Shown here: piece by piece, positions 10,501-19,840 of the stretch
Layout: each line of letters starts with the position of its first letter
Numbering within the stretch: position 1 is the first letter of the stretch
Assembly: GCA_051382295.1 (NCBI GenBank)
Contig: JBBCAW010000012.1
Coordinates: 128,001-192,000, forward strand
Origin: Bdellovibrionota bacterium FG-1
Lineage (GTDB): Bacteria; Bdellovibrionota; UBA1018
DNA length: 64,000 nt
Reading direction: 5' to 3'
Made by a program: the position numbers and the translations under genes
The notes under the pieces: model-generated
Databases searched by the model: none
Told to the model about the DNA's origin: nothing
Seen by the model: only the letters and a program-made list of their open reading frames with translations

Positions 10501-13500
10501 TCTCACCGCGACAATCAATGGCACAGCCATATCCCAAAACTTCACAGCCACTGCCGGCCTCCCACCGCTAGCCTCGATTGAAAAAATAGAGGGAGATAGC
10601 CAGACCGCCGTCAAGAGCACAGTGCTGCCGATCGCTTTGAAAGCGAGGGTCAAAGATACGAATTCGGTTATTCGCGCAGGTGTAACAGTCAATTGGACGG
10701 TCATTCAGGGAACCGCAACGGTGGGAGCCGCCACCAGTGTTACGGATTCGAATGGCGACGCCGTCATTACGGTCACACTGGGAAACGCCGGTGGAACAGT
10801 TTCCGTCAAAGCCGCGCTTGCTTCCGACGCCACGATTTCGACCGCTTTTTCAGAAACTGCGACCCTGCCTAGCACCAATGCGATCAATATTACCGCCGGC
10901 AATAACCAAACGGGCACCGTGGGCACGATCGCGAGCACCGCTTTGACCGTACAGGTCTTGGACGCAAGTGCCACTGGCATTCCTGGGCTTACGGTCAACT
11001 GGGCAGTCACGGCCGGGAGTCTTACGCTCACCTCGGCGAGTTCGACGACCAACGCCAGCGGAGTCGCGACCATGGCGGCAACTTTTGGCGGAACGGTATC
11101 AAACACGATCACCGTCACGGCAACCCCTTCGGGCTTCGGGTCATCGGCAAGCTTTTCGCTCTCGTCTACCGCTGGTGCACCCGCTTTGATTTCGGTTTAT
11201 TCGGGCAATAATCAGAGTGGCATCAGTGGTAGCGATCTCACGAATCCTTTGGTCGCGTTGGTCACAGACGCCTACGGAAATATGGTTTCCGGTGCGACCG
11301 TCAACTGGTTAGTCGTCACCGGTGCCGGCACTCTGGGCAGCGCCTCCTCGGTTTCAAATGGCTCGGGGCTGGCTTCTAACACCTGGAATCTTTCGGCGAC
11401 CGGCATTACTCAACATGTGACCGCGACCGAAGCTTCCAGCGGAGTTTCGACTTCCTTCTCTGCGGTGGCGAATGTCTGCACCGGAACCGGTCTGACCAAT
11501 GCCCCTTATGCGACCGGCTCGGGTACTGCCGCCAGTCCCTATTACATTTGCACCGCCACTCAGCTTTCAGCGCTCATGACCACCACGACTGCGGCTTCCT
11601 GGAGTGGGTATTATAAATTGGGCCAAGACGTCGATGCCACTGGCCTCACCCCGACCCCGATCGGCAGCGTCACCACCCCCTTCACCGGCACCTTTGACGG
11701 CAATAACTTCCAGATCACCCATCTGGCGGCCATGACGGGCAGTGCGGTCAATGTGGGGTTCTTTGGCTATATCAATTCAGCCACGATCAAAAATCTTTCG
11801 ATCACTTCGGCTGGGATCAGCGCCGGAAGTTATAACAACGTAGGAGGATTAGTCGGGTTTGCCAATAGCGGGACGATTTCGAATGTTACCGTGAACCTCA
11901 CGGGTAATATCACGGGCTCAAGTTATGTAGGTGGGCTTGTTGGCTCAACATACGCCAATACCGCCCCCTTGCTTGTCACCACGGCCCGAGTCCTCGGAGC
12001 GGTGACCATTACTGGGGTTGCCAATGTCGGTGGACTTTTTGGATATTTCAACAATGTCGCGTTGACCCAGGGACGCGCCGCACCTGCCGTGACGGGTACT
12101 CAGGCGACATCGACCTACGTCGGTGGAGCGATCGGTTATATGAATGGCGGAACCGTCGCGAAAAGTTACGCGACCGGAAATGTAACGGCGACCCAATACG
12201 CGGGCGGCTTTGTCGGTTACCAACAAACCGGGACCATCACCGATAGCTATGCTACTGGCAATCTCATCGGGACGACAGGATACCAGAAAATTGGGGGCTT
12301 TGCAGGATACCAAGGCGCAACCATGACGCGCGTCTATTCAAGAGGTATCGTCAACCCCACTACCACGAGCGATATTGGCGGCTTCATCGGTTACTCCCAA
12401 AGCCCGACTCTAGTGACTTTATCTCTTTGGGACACCACCACTTCCGGAAAAGGGACCAGCGGCACCAATGCCGTGGGCATGGGGCAAATCACCTCACTCA
12501 TGCAAAACCCTCTCACCTTCGCGGATTCTGAATGGGACTATACGGTTTGGGGACAATTGTCCTCTGACTGGCCGGCTCTCCGGTGGGACAATACGCTTCC
12601 AACGGTTTCAGTCCCTGCACTTTTCGCAAGTGGGTCTGGAACCGCCGCCGATCCGTACATAATCGCCAACACGACTCAATTCAGCAATATCCCCTTGGCT
12701 TTGGCGAGTTCTGTGGCAGCACGAGCCGCGACTTACAAGCTTTCGGACTCCTTGGCAGCTCCACTGGATTTTACCGGTATCGCTCTCGGCCGTATCGGAA
12801 GCGTCACCTTCCCCTTCACCGGGACTTTTGATGGCAGCTCTAAAACTTTGAGCAATATCACCCTGGTCGCCCGAAACAGCAATGCTGGCATCTTTGGATA
12901 CGTATCAGGGGCCACGATCAAGAACCTCACCGTGGACGTCACCTCCGTCACCTCGACCTACAGCACCAACAGCACGGCCATCAATACCGGAGGACTCATC
13001 GGCTCGGCCACCTCCTCCACCATCAGCAACATCACCGCCACCATCGGTACCGTGAACACCCCAAACACGGCCTCAACCAGTGGTCCCACTGGCGTGGGCG
13101 GCCTCATCGGCTTCGCGGCCAACAGCACCTTGACCAACCTCAATGTCACCCTCAGCGGCACCGTGCAAGGAACCTCTTATGTGGGCGGCATCGTCGGGGA
13201 TAACGGCAGCGCCACCGGCGGCGGCACCTACACCACTCTCAAACTCACCAAGAGCGGATCGGGGGCCATCAGTGGATATCAGTACGTCGGCGGACTCTTT
13301 GGTGGATTTGGCCATTCCTTCTCCTCGGCCTTCACCGTCACTCAATGCGCCAATGTCGGGGTCCCCGTCACCGGCACCTACACTAGCTATAGCTATAGCG
13401 GGGGCGTGGTCGGTTATATCTACTCTGCCCCCTCAGGGATGACCATGTCCCAATGCTACTCTACCGGCAATGTCACGGGCTCTATGTATACCGGCGGCTT

Positions 13501-16375
13501 TGTCGGACAAATCTATGCAACTGGCACTACTTCTATTACGGACTCCTATGCTACGGGCTCCGTCACCAGTACCGGTAACAACACGTCGGTCGGATGTTTT
13601 GCCGGTGAAACCGGTGCCGGAGCCACTCTCTCTCGCGTCTATGCTTCTAATAGCAGCTTCACGGACACCAATGCCGCCACCACCACCCTTGGAGGGGTTG
13701 TCGGTAATTACAACGGGGGCGCCACCACGATCGATTCTTTCTGGAATACCGGAGCCACCGCCAAAGTCGGCGCAGGCGGAATGGGGCATACGACCGCGGA
13801 GCTCCAGGACATCAGCACCTTCCTGCCTGCCGGCTGGGATTTTGCCTCGACCTGGGCCATGCCCAGCCCCAGTTCGGTCAACGGCGGCTTTCCGATTCTC
13901 AGATACGACGCCACTGTCCCTAGTATCACGCTGGCTTCCCTGCTGCCTCTGGGCTCCGGTACTTCAGGCGATCCTTATATTATCGGGGACGTCGCCACCT
14001 TCAAAAACATTGCCGTGGCCATGAGCCTATTTACGGCGCCGCGTGCCGCCTATTATAAACAGACTTCTAATCTGGACTTCACGAGCACGATTCCATCCGT
14101 CATCGGCACCAACAGTACCCCCTTCACCGGGACTTACGATGGTAATGGTTTCTCGATCTCCAATGTCACTTTGGTCGCAGTCGAAGCCAAAACCGGCCTC
14201 TTTGGCAATATCTCTGGCGCCACGATCAAGAACCTCACCTTGAACGTCACCTCCGTCACGACGATTTTTCCCAACGTTGGAGCGCTCGTTGGTTTCGCCA
14301 CCTCTTCGACCATCACCAATATCACCGCAAACATCACGGCAGTCACCTCGACCTACAGCACCACCAGCACGGCCATCAATACCGGAGGACTCATCGGCTC
14401 GGCCACCTCCTCCACCATCAGCAACATCACCGCCACCATCGGTACCGTGAACACCCCAAACACGGCCTCAACCAGTGGTCCCACTGGCGTGGGCGGCCTC
14501 ATCGGCTTCGCGGCCAACAGCACCTTGACCAACCTCAATGTCACCCTCAGCGGCACCGTGCAAGGAACCTCTTATGTGGGCGGCATCGTCGGGGATAACG
14601 GCAGCGCCACCGGCGGCGGCACCTACACCACTCTCAAACTCACCAAGAGCGGATCGGGGGCCATCAGTGGATATCAGTACGTCGGCGGACTCTTTGGTGG
14701 ATTTGGCCATTCCTTCTCCTCGGCCTTCACCGTCACTCAATGCGCCAATGTCGGGGTCCCCGTCACCGGCACCTACACTAGCTATAGCTATAGCGGGGGC
14801 GTGGTCGGTTATATCTACTCTGCCCCCTCAGGGATGACCATGTCCCAATGCTACTCTACCGGCAATGTCACGGGCTCTATGTATACCGGCGGCTTTGTCG
14901 GACAAATCTATGCAACTGGCACTACTTCTATTACGGACTCCTATGCTACGGGCTCCGTCACCAGTACCGGTAACAACACGTCGGTCGGATGTTTTGCCGG
15001 TGAAACCGGTGCCGGAGCCACTCTCTCTCGCGTCTATGCTTCTAATAGCAGCTTCACGGACACCAATGCCGCCACCACCACCCTTGGAGGGGTTGTCGGT
15101 AATTACAACGGGGGCGCCACCACGATCGATTCCTTCTGGAATACCGGAGCCACCGCCAAAGTCGGCGCAGGCGGAAACGGCGTGAGCACGGCCACGATGC
15201 AAAAGCAGTCTCACTGGGTCAATCACACTTTTGACTTTGCCAACACCTGGGTGATGAGCGGACTGCCCGTTCTCAAGTGGGATAGCGGGAGCCCCTCTGC
15301 CCCAACCCTCGCCTCGCTCTTTGGCGGCGGATCAGGAACCTCGGGCGATCCCTACCTGATCTCCACCGTCCAGCATCTAAAGAATTTGAGCGTGGCCATG
15401 TACTTGGGTTCAGCCGCGCAAAATGCCTCTTATTTATTACTCAATGACCTCGATGTCGCAGGCGACCACTATGTCATCGGCAACGCTGCTTATCCGTTCA
15501 AAGGGGATTTCAATGGAAATGGCAAAACCATCTCCAATGTCGCGGTCGCGGTCTTGATGGGAGACAATATTGGATTCTTTGGCTATGTCGACTCCGGCTC
15601 CACGACCAATACTCAGATTTACGACTTGAACATCACACTGGCCGCAGGAGGCATTTCGGCAGGAATCACCTCCACCTCTGCCTCCAATTACGTGGGCGGC
15701 CTGGTCGGACAGGTTCGCTCGACGGGCAGCACTCGAACCACCATTTCCAACTGCCAAGTCAGCACCAGCGCTGCGGGACCCGTTGCAGGATACTCCTCCG
15801 TCGGTGGGCTCGTCGGCTATCTTTACAACTACTCGACGGTTTATCACTCTTTTGCGGGAGTGGCGGTATCCGGAGTGGGAACGAGCAGCAATAGCTATGC
15901 CGGTGGGCTGGTCGGCATAAACGACACCTTCTCCACCATCAGCCAGAGCTACGCGAGCGGCAATGTATCCGGTCTTAACTTCGTCGGTGGACTCGTCGGC
16001 ACCAACCAGAACACGAGTCTGATCAACGACTCTTATGCCACGGGGACGGTAACAGGAACTGCCGCCGCCAATGCGGGGGGCTTTGCCGGCACCAATACGT
16101 CTAGTTCGACCATTATACGTTGTTATTCCAAGGGCTCCATTGGGACTGGAGGCGGACTGGTGGGCGCTAACAGTGGCACCGCAGTCAGCAACTCGTTCTG
16201 GGATATCACCACCTCTGGCAAGGGCAGCGACGGCGCCACGACCGGTAGCTCCGGGGGTACCGGGTACAACACCACGCACATGCAGACCACGACGACCTTT
16301 ACGGGAGCCGGCTGGAGCGCCCTGCCGATCTGGGTGTTCAGCGGGGGCAATAATGCTTATCCGACCCTATATTGA
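7511..16375 (+). CDS. Giant (2954 aa) surface lipoprotein/adhesin: FN3 repeats, 7 bacterial Ig-like repeats, 4 GLUG-type beta-helix modules
   Basis: Lipobox LSAGC; FN3 WxDNATNE...YRFRxRA; Ig-like G(D/N)xQ(T/S) x7; GSGTxx(D/S)PYxI x4 followed by many VGGLVG/GLUG motifs; very Thr/Ser/Gly-rich. Confidence 0.9.
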   Translation: MTFTNVKTGLMAISYGLLLGLSAGCNKVNDAFTPLAVTSSGAGEEPTVLAPSGLVWTDNSGTSIALSWADNATNGANYEVESCIGAACTDFAPVPGSPFGAHLTSYTAGSLTPSATYRFRFRALAGKSPSPWIESGDTIAFAGLALADQISSTSVHLSWIAAAAAANYLIYDATGATPALLSTVNSGSSAATITGLTPSTTYKLRVKTVDAAGNFDHNSHDVEVTTLPSVPADLGAPLTPTVLAAGTITTTSIPITWTDNATSETSYQIQRCSGTGCSNFADVTGNPFAINLTAFSEGGLTPNTIYRYRVRATNGAGSSAWLTSSDLTTLQTAPNAPTTLAWTVNSGTTLGFSWTDNATNESSYVVESCQTAGCVDFTPITGSPFAANTTSATLSGLTAATYYRVRVSASNSGGSSSSLISGNLFTFAGLSAATASDANTVHLTWNNAGLASYYTLYDVTLGTPIFVTSIAGAASSYDVTGLTPSTHYTYRLRATNSSAVTELNVNDVSVTTPALAAPAAPTALVALGGTPTSLSMSWTDNATNETSYVIQSCTGAGCSNFAAVTNSPFAANKTSYTASSLSAGTTYSFRIRASNSAGDSSWLSATDLATPSPASVGSISKIDGDTQTDNRSNTLATALKVRVLDAQSAPVVGASVDWTVLTGGGSVSAATSVSDGTGYATISFTLGTLVGAQSVKAAITTNNTLNVTFTATATNPAASSVILVSGDAQTAYTGRDLALPLKVRVRDSLSRPIEGLTIDWTKTGTATLGSASSVTDSAGEATSTVTVGSSASTIQVTATVASNTALTQVFNFTSTVPTASTIVATSGNSQSAPVSSTLGTPFTVTVKDAGALVVVGATIDWSITAGGGSLSSASGATNSSGQVSTTSTLGVAAGTQTVTATVHGTAVTVTFTTTATPIPGSLAIVQGNSQTGYTQTALATALSVRVLDTNGQTIAGSTINWTTTAGNGSPSGATSLTDANGLASMTWTLGSTVGAETLTATINGTAISQNFTATAGLPPLASIEKIEGDSQTAVKSTVLPIALKARVKDTNSVIRAGVTVNWTVIQGTATVGAATSVTDSNGDAVITVTLGNAGGTVSVKAALASDATISTAFSETATLPSTNAINITAGNNQTGTVGTIASTALTVQVLDASATGIPGLTVNWAVTAGSLTLTSASSTTNASGVATMAATFGGTVSNTITVTATPSGFGSSASFSLSSTAGAPALISVYSGNNQSGISGSDLTNPLVALVTDAYGNMVSGATVNWLVVTGAGTLGSASSVSNGSGLASNTWNLSATGITQHVTATEASSGVSTSFSAVANVCTGTGLTNAPYATGSGTAASPYYICTATQLSALMTTTTAASWSGYYKLGQDVDATGLTPTPIGSVTTPFTGTFDGNNFQITHLAAMTGSAVNVGFFGYINSATIKNLSITSAGISAGSYNNVGGLVGFANSGTISNVTVNLTGNITGSSYVGGLVGSTYANTAPLLVTTARVLGAVTITGVANVGGLFGYFNNVALTQGRAAPAVTGTQATSTYVGGAIGYMNGGTVAKSYATGNVTATQYAGGFVGYQQTGTITDSYATGNLIGTTGYQKIGGFAGYQGATMTRVYSRGIVNPTTTSDIGGFIGYSQSPTLVTLSLWDTTTSGKGTSGTNAVGMGQITSLMQNPLTFADSEWDYTVWGQLSSDWPALRWDNTLPTVSVPALFASGSGTAADPYIIANTTQFSNIPLALASSVAARAATYKLSDSLAAPLDFTGIALGRIGSVTFPFTGTFDGSSKTLSNITLVARNSNAGIFGYVSGATIKNLTVDVTSVTSTYSTNSTAINTGGLIGSATSSTISNITATIGTVNTPNTASTSGPTGVGGLIGFAANSTLTNLNVTLSGTVQGTSYVGGIVGDNGSATGGGTYTTLKLTKSGSGAISGYQYVGGLFGGFGHSFSSAFTVTQCANVGVPVTGTYTSYSYSGGVVGYIYSAPSGMTMSQCYSTGNVTGSMYTGGFVGQIYATGTTSITDSYATGSVTSTGNNTSVGCFAGETGAGATLSRVYASNSSFTDTNAATTTLGGVVGNYNGGATTIDSFWNTGATAKVGAGGMGHTTAELQDISTFLPAGWDFASTWAMPSPSSVNGGFPILRYDATVPSITLASLLPLGSGTSGDPYIIGDVATFKNIAVAMSLFTAPRAAYYKQTSNLDFTSTIPSVIGTNSTPFTGTYDGNGFSISNVTLVAVEAKTGLFGNISGATIKNLTLNVTSVTTIFPNVGALVGFATSSTITNITANITAVTSTYSTTSTAINTGGLIGSATSSTISNITATIGTVNTPNTASTSGPTGVGGLIGFAANSTLTNLNVTLSGTVQGTSYVGGIVGDNGSATGGGTYTTLKLTKSGSGAISGYQYVGGLFGGFGHSFSSAFTVTQCANVGVPVTGTYTSYSYSGGVVGYIYSAPSGMTMSQCYSTGNVTGSMYTGGFVGQIYATGTTSITDSYATGSVTSTGNNTSVGCFAGETGAGATLSRVYASNSSFTDTNAATTTLGGVVGNYNGGATTIDSFWNTGATAKVGAGGNGVSTATMQKQSHWVNHTFDFANTWVMSGLPVLKWDSGSPSAPTLASLFGGGSGTSGDPYLISTVQHLKNLSVAMYLGSAAQNASYLLLNDLDVAGDHYVIGNAAYPFKGDFNGNGKTISNVAVAVLMGDNIGFFGYVDSGSTTNTQIYDLNITLAAGGISAGITSTSASNYVGGLVGQVRSTGSTRTTISNCQVSTSAAGPVAGYSSVGGLVGYLYNYSTVYHSFAGVAVSGVGTSSNSYAGGLVGINDTFSTISQSYASGNVSGLNFVGGLVGTNQNTSLINDSYATGTVTGTAAANAGGFAGTNTSSSTIIRCYSKGSIGTGGGLVGANSGTAVSNSFWDITTSGKGSDGATTGSSGGTGYNTTHMQTTTTFTGAGWSALPIWVFSGGNNAYPTLY
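12947..13781 (+). repeat. Copy 1 of an 835-bp near-perfect intragenic duplication
   Basis: Matches 14342-15176 at an offset of 1395 bp; only 2 differences seen. Confidence 0.9.
14342..15176 (+). repeat. Copy 2 of the 835-bp intragenic duplication
   Basis: See copy 1; the shadow ORFs in the track are duplicated as well. Confidence 0.9.
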
Positions 16376-17546
16376 CTCATTCACCTCCTGGGTTTGTGGC
16401 CGGTTCCTAGGTCTCAGCGTCTTATTCATTCTGATAGTTGGCGCTCACTGGGCACTGCTCGCTCACCGCTTTAATATGCCTTTGGCGCAAAGCTACGGAG
16501 AATGGGTCTACGATCAGACTTCGCCCTTCTTGGGGCATCCACCCCTTTCCTGGATAAGATCTACCTTTCTCCCACTGCCTCCGCTGGCGGGAATCTCTGA
16601 ACAACAATTTCAAAATCTCCTGAACGCCCGCACCTCTCCACTGACCCTCCCCGATTCCTCCAGTCGCGGGGACCCACTCATGCCGCAGTTCGCGCTAGAA
16701 ATTCGGTACGCCGAAACCCGCCATCCCGAATTGCTGATTGCCGCGCCGTCGTCCATGACCCTGGATATGCAGGTTCGAATGGTCTCGGTTCCCCATTCAA
16801 TTACCGGCAAACCCTCCGATGAGCGCACGTTGCCCCTCGCGCTCAAGCAGGGCTACGCTCAGTTAAGAATTCCCGACGAAAAAACTATCGGAGAATACTG
16901 GCTTATCCTCACGGAAGCTCCCGTTCAAACGCGCCCCGAGGGACTTGCGCTGCTTCCCCATCTCAGGTCCATGCAGGTACCCAGCGCGTTGATTTCCGAT
17001 TTGCATGGCGAATCGCCAAAAAATAAGCTGATTTTTGCCAGAAAAACTTTTCTTTTCGGTGCGGATAGTGCGGAATTTCGCTCCCAACTGAAAGCCTACT
17101 CGCAAACCCTGGAGGGATCCCAGCAACAGTCCCATGCCTTCGCCCTGGAAAGTCTAAAAATCCTCGGAGAAGCACTCGCGGATCTCAGAAGTTTCGAAAA
17201 CTCTCTTTTCGACCCACTCAAAGCGGACCATCACCTCTCGACTACGGCCAAAGAAAAAGTCCCTGCCTATGTCAAACAACTTCTTGAGCACGTTGCACCT
17301 CTTGAATCACGTCTGACGCAATTAACTGCTCAAAATCCGTTTTTCCAGGACAAGGGCGTTCAACAGCTTTATTCAAGCGCCTTCTCGACCCTCCGTTACG
17401 CTGCTATGGAATTGAATCGGCTCTTGAAAGGACCCTACGACATCGATTCGGGAGAAATCGCACGTCAACGCCGCCTTTGCATCGAGGCCGAACTGGCACA
17501 AAACCGCCTGAGACTTAAGTTCCTTTACGTTTCAGCCAAGCCTTGA
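16353..17546 (+). CDS. Hypothetical membrane-anchored protein
   Basis: ATG at 16353 overlaps the end of the giant gene; N-terminal TM helix FLGLSVLFILIVGAHWALL; helical C-terminus. Confidence 0.6.
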   Translation: MLIRPYIDSFTSWVCGRFLGLSVLFILIVGAHWALLAHRFNMPLAQSYGEWVYDQTSPFLGHPPLSWIRSTFLPLPPLAGISEQQFQNLLNARTSPLTLPDSSSRGDPLMPQFALEIRYAETRHPELLIAAPSSMTLDMQVRMVSVPHSITGKPSDERTLPLALKQGYAQLRIPDEKTIGEYWLILTEAPVQTRPEGLALLPHLRSMQVPSALISDLHGESPKNKLIFARKTFLFGADSAEFRSQLKAYSQTLEGSQQQSHAFALESLKILGEALADLRSFENSLFDPLKADHHLSTTAKEKVPAYVKQLLEHVAPLESRLTQLTAQNPFFQDKGVQQLYSSAFSTLRYAAMELNRLLKGPYDIDSGEIARQRRLCIEAELAQNRLRLKFLYVSAKP

Positions 17547-18210
17547 ACTCAGCGTTTAAATCTTGAATTCCGCAAAGGGTGGGTAAATAAGATTCGAGCT
17601 TCTTTCCCACTGAAAGTTGCAAGAGATCCTGGGGCGGGCAATGAGTCGCTAGCATTTCCATGAGTGCTTGCGATGCTTGGTAGTGGTAGCGCGCGCCTCC
17701 CCGCGCCCCCTCAGTGCTGACTGGCCGGGCTTCCGCAAAAGGATGCGCCAAGCTGTAAACATCACGGGTGGGTTGTGAGGCCAGCCACGCGTAATCGACC
17801 TTGCCATGTTTGGAAAGGTAATTGGCCAAACCTTCCTCGAGCCACCGAGGGATCGCATTTTTGTATTTTTGTCGCAAAATCACATGAACGAGCTCATGGC
17901 CAAAGACGCTCTCAAAATTCGACTCCACCACCCGAGGCCCCAAGTGCACCGAGGTGTCGGTCCCCCGAGTGAAGGCGAGGACGGAGTCATCAAAACCGTG
18001 GAGTTTTCGAAACTCTTCCTGATTTTCATGGTACTGGACTTGGATTTTACGGATGTCCCATTCCAATTTGGCATCCATCGCGTCGACCACGCGTTGGGCA
18101 GTCGATGGTTTGAGCCACTTCGGGGCGTTGTCAAAGTGGGCTTCGTTGAGATCGAACGCGTGAGAGTGGCTACAAAACAGACAACCAAGGATAAAAAGTA
18201 AGAAGTTCAT
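17515..18210 (-). CDS. Secreted zincin-like metallopeptidase (MA clan-like)
   Basis: Signal peptide; HELVH followed by PRWLEEGLANY. Confidence 0.75.
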   Translation of the reverse strand: MNFLLFILGCLFCSHSHAFDLNEAHFDNAPKWLKPSTAQRVVDAMDAKLEWDIRKIQVQYHENQEEFRKLHGFDDSVLAFTRGTDTSVHLGPRVVESNFESVFGHELVHVILRQKYKNAIPRWLEEGLANYLSKHGKVDYAWLASQPTRDVYSLAHPFAEARPVSTEGARGGARYHYQASQALMEMLATHCPPQDLLQLSVGKKLESYLPTLCGIQDLNAEFKAWLKRKGT

Positions 18211-19298
18211 TTCCCAAATTTTTCGTAATTTTGCACAAGAGTGTCAAGGCGTTGAATGACCGCCTCGACTGTTTTGTCCAAAGAGGCGGTGAGCGCAAAG
18301 CCGGCCGCAAAATCGTGGCCCCCGCCTCCGAGTTCCATAGCCACTCGATTAATGACCACTTTTCCCTTGGATTTAATCGAAACTCGGACTTGCATGTCAT
18401 CTTCTTCGCGAAAAAAACACACCACCTCAGCGTCCTTGAGTAAGAGCAGGAGATTCAAAAAAGACTGGGTGTCATCGGCGGAGGCGCTATGCTTTTTTCG
18501 AAGTTCGAGGGGCATCTCCAGCCAGGCGATTTTGCCACCACCGGGAGTCACCTTGACGTTTTGAAGCATGTTTCCGAGAAGCTGAAGATGGGAGAGTTCC
18601 TTGGACGAGTAGATGGCTTGATAGACCTCTTCAGGGTTAACGCCATGCTCGATCATCTCAGCCGCGATTAAATGAGCTTTGGGCGTTGTTCGCGCATACC
18701 TAAAGCTGTTGGTATCGGTCATGACTGAGACGTACAAGCCGAGCGCTACGTCCTTGTTCATTTTGGTCAGTTTGAGTTCTGCAAAAAGACGATGCAGGAG
18801 CTCACCAATGCTGCTGGATTCGGTGTCCGAGACGACGGTCGCGTGAGGGGGGTAGGTAATGGTGTCTTGGCCGGAAATATTGGGGTGGTGGTCTAAAAAG
18901 ACGATCTTCTTTGCGCGTAAAGAAAGCTCGCCCCAAAGTTTTCCGAGTCTGCGAGGGTCATTGGTATCGACGATGATCCAAAGATCACAAGTATCCCAAA
19001 GTTCCACCTCGCCCGGTCCGAGGAGGATGGTTTGCTTCGGATCTAAGAAACGATATCGCTTTGGGAGCAAGTCGGGGTTGTAGACTCGGCATGCTTTGCG
19101 TGCGCGTTTCATGTAATGAACAAGCGCCGCCTCCGCGCCGAGCCCATCGCCATCGGGAAGCGCATGCGTCGAAATTAACACACGCTTGGCCTGTTCCAGG
19201 TTCTTTTTAAAATCTTGAAAATTCGTATTTTTCGAGAGTTCGTCTTCTTTGTTTTTCGTGCTCAAGCTCGACACCATCCGTTCCGAAGAATCCTTCAT
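18207..19298 (-). CDS. nrnA: DHH/DHHA1 phosphoesterase (NrnA-like oligoribonuclease/PAP phosphatase)
   Basis: HALPDGDGLG, VDT, LDHH, DTNSF and GGGGHDFAAG motifs; start codon uncertain (19298 or 19277). Confidence 0.85.
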   Translation of the reverse strand: MKDSSERMVSSLSTKNKEDELSKNTNFQDFKKNLEQAKRVLISTHALPDGDGLGAEAALVHYMKRARKACRVYNPDLLPKRYRFLDPKQTILLGPGEVELWDTCDLWIIVDTNDPRRLGKLWGELSLRAKKIVFLDHHPNISGQDTITYPPHATVVSDTESSSIGELLHRLFAELKLTKMNKDVALGLYVSVMTDTNSFRYARTTPKAHLIAAEMIEHGVNPEEVYQAIYSSKELSHLQLLGNMLQNVKVTPGGGKIAWLEMPLELRKKHSASADDTQSFLNLLLLLKDAEVVCFFREEDDMQVRVSIKSKGKVVINRVAMELGGGGHDFAAGFALTASLDKTVEAVIQRLDTLVQNYEKFGK

Positions 19299-19626
19299 GA
19301 GAACTGATTTGGATCCGCTCTATGTCATCTTCGAACAACATCTTTATAACTTCCAGGAATCAGATGCGGATCGAAGAACCTTTATAGGTAATATTATTAA
19401 CGATTATCTCACTTATTTGCGCAAAATGAACATCGCGATTCCGAAATCTTTAGAATCCTCGATCGTTGAAGAATTGGCGGGCCAAGTAAACTCGATGCTC
19501 GTTAAAAAGATCTATGGATGTCTGAGTATTGACGATTACCGCAAGGGGGCGCCCGCCCCCGTCAAAAAGAAGGCGCGCTCGAGGTATACGAGGTTGGCTA
19601 AGACTAAGGCGCGTAAAGTGAGTTAG
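19297..19626 (+). CDS. Hypothetical protein
   Basis: MRTDLDPLYVIFEQHL...; protein-like composition with a basic C-terminus. Confidence 0.65.
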   Translation: MRTDLDPLYVIFEQHLYNFQESDADRRTFIGNIINDYLTYLRKMNIAIPKSLESSIVEELAGQVNSMLVKKIYGCLSIDDYRKGAPAPVKKKARSRYTRLAKTKARKVS

Positions 19627-19816
19627 TTGTTTTTGGTTTCCCTGAATTTCTATTTGACATGATTTTTGCCGCTAAATTTTGAGCGGGGTGTCGGTGACTT
19701 TTAAAACCCCATAAAACGGCCGTAAATCGGCCAAAAACAGGAAAAGCTATCTCATTTTCAAATAAAACCCTCCCTGGGTGGCGCAAATCGATCCTTGCGA
19801 CAAAATTAGGCCCCCT

Positions 19817-19831
19817 AAAACCCGTGATACA
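19817..19831 (+). promoter_or_regulatory. Motif AAAACCCGTGATACA upstream of HNH gene 2
   Basis: 13/15 identical to 3413-3427. Confidence 0.4.
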
Positions 19832-19840
19832 CGGAGTTTT

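Noticed and set aside
15437..16279. 280-aa minus-strand ORF and other ORFs nested in the giant gene
   Set aside because: Shadow frames caused by codon bias; no recognisable motifs.
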